DNA from: Octopus sinensis
Taxonomy: Eukaryota
Assembly: GCF_006345805.1 (NCBI RefSeq)
Contig: NC_042997.1
Location: 15,190,001 to 15,254,000, forward strand
Direction of reading: 5' to 3'
DNA length: 64,000 bases
The translations under genes and the position numbers were made by a program. Position 1 is the first letter of the stretch, and each line of letters starts with the position of its first letter. This document shows positions 11,698 through 22,280 of this stretch, one piece after another. The notes beneath the pieces were generated by a model. It saw only the letters and a list, made by a program, of their open reading frames with translations. It had not been told where the DNA came from and did not search any database.

Positions 11698-13617
11698 ATA
11701 CATGAGAATAGGTCTAACATTCAAAGAAACAAATTTTTAAAATATTTTACTGCCCGATGTTGTTCACTATAATCCTGAACTCTCAAATCAAAATCTTATA
11801 TTTCACATACAAACCAAGCTTCACCTGATTCAACATTTACTCTCCACTAGCATGTCCAAAATTCCTGTCACTTCAACCCACTATGTTTTTGTCTACTGAG
11901 ACTCAAAACGGAGTTATTGGTGTCTGGGATATGAATTTAAAACAGATGTGATGGAACAAAGAAGGCTCATGAGATTTAAGTGTTTTTTTTGTTTGTTTTT
12001 TTGAATGAGCATCTAAAATGTTCAGGACATATAGCTAACACTGACTGAAATGGACATCTTGTCTTTTTTGGATTTGGCAAATGGTTGGCAAAGAATACAG
12101 AAGTATCCATCTAGTTCTGTTGAGAATGTATTATTTCGAGAGATTCTGACACTTTTCGATTATTGCTGTACCCTATGAAAGGGTTTCTGGTTAATAGCAT
12201 TAACAATGTTAGTCAATAAAATGTGGTATTCTTGACTATTTGAATATCATGAAGGAGGAAAATTCTAAAATGAAACAATTATTCAGGACATGGATGTATT
12301 ACTTTGTGGTATTCTGAAGACTGTTTGAAGCAAGGGAGTAACATATTGAGCAGTTACACCCTATCATCCTGGGATAAAACAAATTGTTTTACAATAAGTA
12401 CAGCTAAGTATTATGTCAACCACAGCTGGCTTCAAGAGCATCTGACTTAACGAGTACATTTTATAACATTCCTATTGAGAGAGGTTTTGATATACTTGCA
12501 GTGTCATGTGATCCAGCCTGATGGTCATGTGAGCCATGCTATTTAGCACAGCTAGAAATTCAATGAAGGGACTAAATGAGGCAGCTGAATAGAGTCATTG
12601 AATGAGTTCATATCAAACTCATTACAAACTTGTCTTTGTAGATGAAATCAAAAGAAATTTTTTTTCCAATATATTCTTGTTATCTTTTCATTTCATTTCA
12701 TTTGTTATCTTTTCATTTCACAGTGGCTGTGAGAAGCGAGGCTCAACAAGCATGTGAGCAAGTATTCAGCATTGATTCATTTATTGAAGTAGATATCACG
12801 CCACTTATCAAGGATCTAGAAAGACTAAATGTTTAAAGTGCCGATGAATGTTCTTATGTGTTATTTCCAGTTCAAATGCATAAACTGAAGCCTGGCAGAC
12901 AGCCATTTGCAATACACAAAGGACGTGTCCTCTTTGTGCTTGGTCATTCTGAAGTTGAATATTTTAACTTAGGACATCCAGCTAAACGTCTTCTCCCTCC
13001 AAAGAAAGAAAAACAATTCAAAATAGGAATTAATATACTAATTTCACCTTGTTATTTTTATATTGCCTTTGGGTCAAACTTAAAAACGTCTATGAGCATT
13101 GTTACACACTATTTCTTTGAAAAAAATAAATAAAGGCTTTGAACAGGCTTCTTAGATGTACTTCCTATTTATACAAAGAACTAATCTTCATCACTTCAGA
13201 TCCACAGTTAAATCTACATTAAATTTAGTCAGCTTAGTTCACCTGAGAACATTAACAACTTACGAACAAAAGCTCTACCACTTTATATAAAATAAAATGA
13301 TAAAACTGAAAAGGTTTACAGAAATTAATGATTGATATGAAAGTAGCAAGATTTCACTTCAAATAAAAGAGAGAAACGTGAAAGGTAGATTAGACAGACA
13401 GACAGACTACAAACAGCTATGGGTAGATGGTGGAGGACTAGTTACCCAATAACAAAGCAAAATGAAAATGACACTGAACACAGTTTATGACATTTCAGAA
13501 GCTGTTTGACAAGTTTAATCAGAAATCTGTTCAGGCACTAAATCCACTGTTATTTTCCTTTTCAACATAACAGAAGAATTTTCAGCTTTATATGAAAGAA
13601 TAAGACTCAAGAAAATA

Positions 13618-16324
13618 TCATCATCATCATCGTTTAGCGTCCGTTTTCCATGCTAGCATGGGTTGGACGGTTCTACTGGGGTCTGTGAAGCCAGAAGGCT
13701 TCATCAGGCCCAGTCAAATCTGGCAGTGTTTCTACGGCTGGATGCCCTTCCTAACGCCAACCACTCCGTGAGTGTAGTGGTGCTTTATGTGCCACCCGCA
13801 CTGGTGCCAGACACAGAGCTGGCAAACGGCCACGAACGGATGGTGCTTTTTATGTGCCACCGGCACGAGGGCCAGGCGAGGCTGGCAACGGACACGAAAC
13901 GGGGCGGTGCTGGCAACGGTCGCGAAACGGAAAGTTCTCTTACATGCCACCGGCACTGGTAACACATCTGCAATTTCCATTGATCGATTTTGATTCTGAT
14001 CCTCACTTGCCTCAACACGTCTTCACAAGTAGAGTTTTGTGTCCCAAGAAGGGAAGGTATGCATACGTAGCTGGCTCCATCCCATGTAGAAGGCCACGGG
14101 TTATGGACTCACTTGTCCTGCCGGGTCTTCTCGCGCACAGCACACTTCCAGAGGTCTCGGTCTCTAGTCATTTCCTCAGTGAGACCTAAAGTTCGAAGGT
14201 CGTGCTTCACCACCTCGTCCCAGGTTTTCCTGGGTCTGCCTCTTCCACAGGTTCCCTCAACCGCTAGGGTGTGGCACTTTTTCACACAACTATCTTCATC
14301 CATTCTCGCCACATGACCATACCAGCGCAAACGTCTCTCTTGCACACCACAACTGATGCTTCTTAGGTCCAGCTTTTCTCTCAAGGTACTTACACTCTGC
14401 CGAGTGTGAGTACCGGCATTACACATCCATCGGAGCATACTGGCTTCATTTCTAGCGAGCTTACGCATATCCTCAGCAGTCACGGCCCATGTTTCACTGC
14501 CATGTAGCATGGCTGTTCGTACACACATGCATCATACAGTCTGCCTTTCACTCTGTGCGAGAGGCCTTTTGTCACCAGCAGAGGTAAGAGCTCTCTGAAC
14601 TTTGCCCAAGCTATTCTTACTCTAGCAGTTACACTTTCAGCACACCCGCCCCCGCTGCTGACTTGGTCACCTAGGTAACGGAAACTATCAACTATTTCTA
14701 GTTTTTCTCCCTGGAAAGTGACGGAAGTTGGTCTCAGAGCATTTTCAGTGTTTATTGTTCCTGAGCATCTGCCACATACAAAAACCATCTTCCTAGTTAG
14801 CCTTCCTTTGACATTGCTGCATCTCTTATGTGTCCATAGCTTACACTTGGTGCATCTTATAGAGTTTCTACCTACACCTTTTCTACAGATCGAGCAGGGC
14901 CATCTACCTGAAGGTGTTTGTGATTTGTCTACCTTCCTACTGATTACGACTTTGGTTTTAGCTAGATTGACTCTGAGGCCCTTCGATTCTAATCCTTGTT
15001 TCCACACCTGAAACTTCTCCTCCAGTTCTGATAGCGACTCAGCAATTAGAGCAAGGTCATCAGCATAGAGGAGCTCCCAAGGGCATCCTGTCTTGAATTC
15101 CTCCGTTATTGCCTGGAGGACTATGATAAATAGGAGGGGGCTGAGTACTGAGCCTTGGTGGACTCCTACCTCTACCCGGAATTCTTCACTGTACACATTT
15201 CCAACCCTCACCCTACTAGCGGCGTCCCTATACATGGCCCGCACAGCTCCCACTAACCATTCATCTATCCCTAGTTTCCTCACTGCCCACCAGATAAGGG
15301 ATCGGGGGACCCTGTCGAAGGCTTTCTCCATGTCAACAAAAGCCAGGTACAGGGGCTTATCTTTGGCTAGGTATTTCTCCTGCAGCTGCCTTACCAGGAA
15401 TATAGCATCAATAGTACTTTTCCCTGGCACAAACCCAAACTGCATCTCATCTAAACTAACTCTCTCTCTAATTAGTTGGGCTATGACCCTCTCCGTAACC
15501 TTCATCACCTGGTCCAACAGCTTGATACCTCTGTAGTTATTTGTATCTAGGGCATTACCTTTACCTTTGTAGCAGTTGACTATTATACTGCTACACCAGT
15601 CATTGGGTATGACCCCTTTGTGTATCACCTGATTAACTATACGGGTGACTAGGCTATAGCCGACACTACCAGACATTTTGAGCATCTCTGCAGTGATTCC
15701 TGATGGGCCTGGGGCTTTCCCTGTCTTCATGCTTCTAATTGCCTTAGCTACCACGGAACTATCAACTCGGATAGCTGGTCCCTCTGTTGGGTCAACATTC
15801 GGCAGACTCTCTTTATCCCATTCATTTTCTTCATTCAGCAACCTTTCATAGTGGCATCTCAAAACCTCTCTCTTTGCATCCTCATTTAGCGCAAGTGAAC
15901 CATCTTCCATGCGAACACACTTCTCTCCTACCACATCACGATTCTCTCTCACACACTGTCTTGCAACACGAAACACCTCCAGTCTTTGGTCCTCACGGCG
16001 CAGAACATTGGCAAATTTTTTCTTATCTGCTTCCCCTCTGGCTAAATAAACCTGTCTCCTAGCTTCTCTTTTGGCAGTCTGATACAATCCCCTGCTACCC
16101 CCATTTTTCCAGACCTTCCAAGCCTGTCTCTTTTCTCTAATAGCCCTGTCTACAATATTGTTCCACCACCACGTTATTCTAGGTCGAGAGGGGACTTTGC
16201 ACCAGCCACAGATCTGGTCAGTGGCTCTCAGCAGGTTGTCCCTTAGAAACGTCCAGCTGTCTTCTACCCCCTGTGATGCTCTATCCCCTTCTACTTCGTC
16301 AGAGGCTTCAAGTAATATGTCCCT
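13618..16324 (-). mobile_element. 5'-truncated RTE-clade LINE (RT + PHD-like zinc finger + 3' UTR + (GAT)n tail)
   Basis: ORF 14480-16513 contains RT motifs (KAPGPSG, YRGIKLL, QFGFVPGKST, FVDMEKAFD, GVHQGSVLSP, LYADD, FRYLG) and a Cys/His-rich finger. After a 2-bp frameshift at about 14521-14526 it continues in ORF 14109-14528 (LHGSETW, LRWYGHV, GRPRKTW). A ~490-bp 3' UTR ends in (GAT)n at 13618. Homology starts at about 16324 and the APE domain is missing. Confidence 0.95.
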
Positions 16325-17398
16325 AAAATATATATAAAATAAAATTATTGTAATACTTTTTATGATGATGTTCGCGATAAAGCTGATGATTTTGTTGTTA
16401 AGTAATTTCCATTCAGACCTGTAGTACAGTACATGGACTATACTTACTTCAATCTGATATGGAATCACACTGCATGCTGTCATGCAGAGTTTATTTGGGT
16501 GAATAGAATGCACAGTGCAGTAAAGTATCTCCAGTTCTGACTGTTTTTCAAAAGTGTTGTTGCTGTTGTTGTCATCATCATTGTCGTTTTAATGTCCACT
16601 TTTTCATTCTTGCATGGGTCATATGAATTTGTCAAGACAGATTTTCTACAGCTGGATGCTCTTCCTGTCACCAGCACTCACTGGTTTCCAAACAAAATAG
16701 CATCTCCTCTCATCCTTCAAACATGAACACCATTATGGCTGGACATGTTTCTATGGAAGATTGTTTATAATTTACATGCAATGACAATGAAACACAAGCA
16801 CACACACTCATACACAAGCACGGGGAGTGGTTGCTTTAAGTTTCCGGCTGTTAAATCCACTAACAAGGCTTTGGTTAGCTTATTTTTCTAGAATAATCCA
16901 CAAAATAGAGGAACAGCCATTAAAGGAAAACATTCAGCAATTGAAAATCTCATCCAAATATTTACTGTCATTATTTCATTTTAGAAAAAATACTGAACTC
17001 ATCTGAAACAGCAGGAAAATGAAATAGCATGTTTTATGGTATCTAGTGGGAATTGAACAAAATAGGTAACAGCCATACATAAAAATCTAGTGAATTAACT
17101 AAGTTCCCTGTACAACATACAAAATAGCTACTGAATTCAGTTAATATCAGCTTTTATTTATTTTTTTCTTCCCAGTCTTGTATGAACTTGTTTCATTGTA
17201 TTGATGATGTGTAGTAAAAGTAAGTAGTGTGTGCATATGTGCTCCTTCTTATAATGGAGCTTTTGATGGCTTGAAATTTGTTTAAATCAGCAGGTTTAAG
17301 GCTCAGATGGAGATGGTACAGTCTACGGGAAGATGAGATGTACCAGAACAACTGTACACTCAGTTGGCCAGTTGATGAAGCAGCCAAATTGTCTTTAA

Positions 17399-17618
17399 CC
17401 CTTTAACATTTAAACTGGCCATATCCAGCCAAAATCTTCCATTTGTTTTCTTTTCAAACCAACCAGATCCTTCTTATCACATCTACCCTACATTGTCATT
17501 TTAAAAATTAGCAATCACATCATCAAAATCTCAAAGCTACAAGATAATGCATGACTAATTCAAAACAGTATGACTATATAAGCATTACATTTGATGGAGT
17601 AACCTGACTACTAGAGGG
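17399..17618. mobile_element. piggyBac-like MITE, family 1 (220 bp)
   Basis: ttaa-CCCTTT...AGAGGG-ctaa; reverse-complement homolog of 31818-32037. Confidence 0.75.
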
Positions 17619-17999
17619 CTAAATGTATTACTGTCTTTAGAAGTGAGACTGAACACTTTAGTTCCAAATCTCATGACAGAAAATATATTATATCAAAATG
17701 ATAGAGGGAAGAAAAGGAGAAAAAAGTGGAGAGAGGAGTAGTTGAGTTATTTCCTAAGTGCAACTGTTGAAATAGAGGCACAAACAATTACATCACTCTA
17801 TGTGTGTTGTTTAACCCAAGGCCGGCCCTGGTTGAGTAGGCTTATAGTGAAAGACATTCCGGCTATGACCATCATATCTCTTATCAAGACAGAGTATCTA
17901 GAACTGTATTATTTCATGAGTGCTTTAAAGGAGATATGGCTGCTGTTTCTAACAGGGAGAGCGATGGCAAAGAGGAGCTCTTAATTTTTATGCATGTCT

Positions 18000-18425
18000 A
18001 TATATAAAAGGTCCACCACAAGGTCTACTGCTTGTTACAGTGTGGTCGTTTGTGTGCCTCAGAGCTATGCCAGCAGAGAACAATCTCCTGGTCTGCTTCT
18101 CATGTTGGATAGATCAAAGGATGAAGACCAGATTAATATGGACCAATTCTTCCCAGATGTAAAAGTGGGTTTTTCACTCCTACCTAGAAAAAAAAACAAA
18201 CAAACAGAGTTACAGAAGCGTTGATGACAATTCAAAACTAACAAGACCTGGTATAGGAAGACCTTCTGGCAGGGAAACATGACATCATGTTGCAAGATCC
18301 AAAGGGAAGCTACAGAGACAAGCAGGGATTGAATTGGAGAGAATCAGAAATGACAGCTCGTAGTTGAGAATAGTGGAGAGAAGCTGTTGATGGCTGATGC
18401 TTCACAGAAAGCTGAGGGCTTAAAG
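18000..18425 (+). mobile_element. Decayed RTE-type LINE 3' end
   Basis: Interrupted translation ...GLNWRESEMTARS.E.WREAVDG.CFTES.GL resembles RTE ORF C-termini. Confidence 0.5.
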
Positions 18426-18769
18426 GGAAAGGATATAAAAAGGTACAGTGGATGAAAAAGATCAGTCAAGGGAGACAAATTTTATCCTGCCACAACACAG
18501 GTGCATAAAAATATAGTGGGATATTAGAGGCTAAAATAGTTTTAAATGCATTGAGATGGTCAACAAGTGTTAATGGTCCATGACAACAAACATGAGAAAT
18601 AAAGAACAGATTTGAGTTCAAATCCTACCAGGATCAAATTTACCTTCTTGTTATCACTCCTGAATTGATAAAGGACCAGTCATGTACTGAGGAGTGATAG
18701 TATGACCTAATCACTTCCTCTCAAAATTACTGGCCTTAATCAGAAACATTGTTTAGATTTAATGTGAAG

Positions 18770-18989
18770 ATGACAAATGGAAATTGTAGTTGTGATACCC
18801 GTGCTGGTGGCACGTAAAAAGCACCATCAGAATGTGGCTGATGTCAGCACCGCCTTGACTGGTGTCTGTGCCGGAAGCATGTAAAAAGCACCAACCGATC
18901 ATATAGCGGTTGCCAGCTTCCTCTGGCCAACCCATGCTAGCATGGTAAAAGGACGTTAAACGATGATGATGATGATGATGATGATGATG
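18770..18989 (+). mobile_element. RTE LINE 3'-UTR copy with internal deletion
   Basis: Tandem units joined directly to acccatgctagcatgg...ggacgttaaacgatgatgatgatgatgatgatgatgatga. Confidence 0.8.
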
Positions 18990-19504
18990 AGTACACTTTG
19001 TAAAGTGGTTGGTAAGCAAATAAAAGAAAAACAAAGAGTGGAAAAGATTCTTTTATCTTCTCAAGGATATGACAACTTTTCTTGTGTTAGTATCATGATA
19101 AAACGCACCCAGTAGTCTTATCCTGGTATTAGGAAGGGCATCTATCCATAGAAACACTATCAAAAATGGAATGCATGAGCAAGACATGCTCACTCATAGA
19201 TTCCATGTAGGAGGGCAGTAACTACAAATAGGATCTGACTCAGATGATGACAACTTGTCCAACCCATGTCAGCCTGGAAAGTGGATTTAAAATATGATGA
19301 TGATGAAAGCATGATTAATGATATGAAAGTAGAGAAAGCATTAAGACTATCAGAGATAGTTGCTGAGAAGCTTAAAATATCTTTTAGGAAGAGAATTAGC
19401 AATATGAGATGCTGTTCAGGTTTATGCCGGGTGGAGTTATACCCTCTTCCTAGTGAGAAATACAAGAGAAATATTAAGGAATAACACAGTTCTATATTTA
19501 AGAG

Positions 19505-19645
19505 ACAAGGAATTATTTACATTATTTACATTTGACGGATATTTATCCTCATCTTGTTTGTTGTTAACACAACGTTTCGGCTGATATACCCTCCAGCCTT
19601 CATCAGTGTCTTGGGGAAATTTCGAACCTGTGTTCTCATTCCTAT
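19505..19645 (-). mobile_element. Penelope-like element terminal-repeat remnant with a minimal hammerhead-like motif
   Basis: acaacgtttcggc-hairpin-cttcatcag on the plus strand, which reads CTGATGA-A-stem-GAAACGTT on the minus strand (19566-19610). Confidence 0.65.
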
Positions 19646-19799
19646 TATTATTATTGTTCAGGTCACTGCTTGGAATTGAACTTGGAATCTTGGGGTTAGT
19701 AGCTCTTAACCACTACGCCATATGCCTGTGGGCAATTATGGAGTGAATTTTAGGGCTTATAAATCTAGTATTTTTCTATCCTTTTTTAATACTGGTTCC

Positions 19800-20037
19800 C
19801 TTATGCGCAGAGTTTCGTTCAATACCGATGCAGAATTGAGAGCTTGGTTGGATCAATTTTTCGAGTTGAAATCGGGTGATTTCTACCAATGAAGTATTGA
19901 AAATCTTGTTGAATATTGGGAAGAAGTTGTAAACAACAAGGAGTGAATATATTATTGATTAATTAGTTGTTATTTTTATTAAACCTTCTTTAAAATTTAA
20001 ATTTAAAAAAACGGCAGGAACTTAGTTGCCAACCCAA
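19800..20037 (+). mobile_element. Mariner transposon 3' end (transposase C-terminus + TIR)
   Basis: SFNTDAELRAWLDQFFELKSGDFYQ*SIENLVEYWEEVVNNK resembles the mariner C-terminus; ends in aaacggcaggaacttagttgccaacccaa-TA. Confidence 0.85.
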
Positions 20038-20039
20038 TA

Positions 20040-20850
20040 CTAAGGAATAAGTTGCAGTACCTAGCCTTTAAAAATCTTGAGAAGGTTTTGACAAGGTTCC
20101 ATGCCCTGTTAAAGGAGCTTGAGGTAGATGAATAGCTTGTTGGAGCTGTGCAAGCCATATACAGAAGTGCAGTCAATAAAATGAAAGATAATAACTGCAG
20201 CAAGGAATTTAGTAAGTAATTCTGTGTTCCCGTCTGTTTATTACAGTCCTCCAAGGTATACCAGGAGTTTAAGACCAGTTGTCTATAGGAATTCCTGTTT
20301 GCCAGTAACCTAATTCTCATAGATGAATCAGTCAAAGACTTGGAGAGGACGTTTCAGACATGGAAGCAAAACCTAGAGTTGAGAAACTTCAAAGTAAACA
20401 TAACAAAGACTAAATTTTTAGTTAGCAGAACTCAACTTTAAGCATGGAATGTGGCCCTGCTTGATATGAGTGTCCAGTGTAAGCTGTGCACATATAAGAG
20501 GTGGATCACAAGCAGGATGACAAAAAAAAATGTAAGCTTCATTTTTGGTAAATGCACAGGAACATTTTCTAAATGCTCCTGTAAGAGCCCATGTGAAATA
20601 AATTCCTTCAAATACTCAGAGGACTTCCTATGAGTATATGATAACTATTGTTACCTAGATGACTTAATTAGCAGTTGGAGTAGGTGTTCCAATGACATAG
20701 TTACCAGATTAAGTATGGAGTGGAAAAAGTTCAGGCAGCTAATACTTCTATTGACAACAATGGGTTTCTCTCTCTCTCTCTCTGAGTGAAAGTTTGTTTG
20801 TACAAGGCATATCAATGAAGTACAATGCTGTTGGCCCTTAAATACAGAGA
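20040..20850 (+). mobile_element. Highly decayed RTE RT remnant, related to the 13.6-16.3 kb LINE
   Basis: Nucleotide similarity to the RT and finger region (gtagatgaatagcttgttggagctgtgcaagccatatacag; gagtttaagaccagttgtc) with many stops. Confidence 0.65.
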
Positions 20851-20979
20851 ATTTGTGAAGTCTGGTAAAAAAAAAGAAAAAAAGAGGTGAGCATACACCC
20901 TTGGATGTGTAATGATGATGTATTCATTAATGATGGAGCACAAATGAATTAAGAGAAAAATTTAATAAAAGTGAAATCA

Positions 20980-21400
20980 GGCGCAGGAGTGGCTGTGTGG
21001 TAAGTAGCTTGCTAACCAACCACATGGTTCCGGGTTCAGTCCCACTGCGTGGCATCTTGGGCAAGTGTCTTCTGCTATAGCCCCGGGCCGACCAATGCCT
21101 TGTGAGTGGATTTGGTAGACGGAAACTGAAAGAAGCCTGTCGTATATATGTATATATATAGATATATATGTATGTATGTGTATGTGTTTGTGTGTTTGTC
21201 CCCCTAGCATTGCTTGACAACCGATGCTGGTATGTTTACGTCCCCGTCACTTAGTGGTTCGGCAAAAAGAGACCGATAGAATAAGTACTGGGCTTACAAA
21301 GAATAAGTCCCGGGGTCGATTTGCTCGACTAAAGGCGGTGCTCCAGCATGGCCGCAGTCAAATGGCTGAAACAAGTAAAAGAGTAAAGAGAGTAAAAGAG
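20980..21400 (+). mobile_element. SINE family A
   Basis: Full head, microsatellite and tail. Confidence 0.92.
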
Positions 21401-21593
21401 AAGAGGAGATGGAGACTCTGGCTGAGGATGAAGTGGTGAAGACTGATGTTGTTAAGAGGCCAAACTTTATGACGGAGATAACAAGAGACTGCAACTTGTG
21501 AAGCATGGGGAGATGGATATAAAAAATGATAATGGCAGCGGTGATGCTGACTGAGATGCATTATATCAACATTTGAATCTCACCTAAATAATA

Positions 21594-21831
21594 TACTCTT
21601 TACTCTTTTACTCTCTTACTTGTTTCAGTCATTCAACTGCGGCCATGCTGGAGCACCGCCTTTATAGTCGAGCAACTCGACCCCCGGGACTTATTCTTTT
21701 GTAAGCCCAGTACTTATTTTATTGGTCTCTTTTGCCGAACCGCTAAGTAACGGGGACGTAAACACACCAGCATCGGTTGTCAAGCAATGCTAGGGGGACA
21801 AATACAGACACACAAACACACACACACACGC

Positions 21832-21863
<32 letters not shown>

Positions 21864-22037
21864 TATATATATATACATATATACGACGGGCTTCTTTCAG
21901 TTTCCGTCTACCAAATCCACTCACAAGGCTTTGGTCGGCCCGAGGCTATAGTAGAAGACACTTGCCCAAGGTGCCACGCAGTGGGACTGAACCCGGAACC
22001 ATGTGGTTGGTAAACAAGCTACTTACCACACAGCCAC
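21594..22037 (-). mobile_element. SINE family A (inverted relative to 20980-21400)
   Basis: Reverse complement of the family-A consensus. Confidence 0.92.
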
Positions 22038-22239
22038 GTTCACATTCATGTAATGTTCTCTCCTTTCCTTTGTTACTTTTTAATACATTACTCATCAACT
22101 CTTCTACTAACAAGTTTCTTACTATCACTACCTCTCTGCCATGATATAGTTTATGTAAAGAGAGATTGGATCATACTGGATCAATTTGTATTCAATCCCT
22201 TCCCCATTACATTTACCTTTTCTTTATTGCTAGCTCTCA

Positions 22240-22280
<41 letters not shown>

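Noticed and set aside
13700-13960. CRISPR-like array of palindromic ~60-bp units
   Set aside because: The units are contiguous tandem repeats without unique spacers, lie within a LINE 3' UTR, and the genome is eukaryotic with no cas genes.
14480-16513. The 677-aa ORF as a host gene, including its hydrophobic N-terminus
   Set aside because: It is LINE ORF2; the first ~63 residues are fortuitous read-through from flanking AT-rich DNA upstream of the truncation point.
17176-17219. Plus-strand 44-nt segment with a strong acceptor and GTAAGT donor
   Set aside because: Stops in all three frames and no supporting neighbouring exons; such pairs arise by chance in AT-rich DNA. It could only be non-coding.
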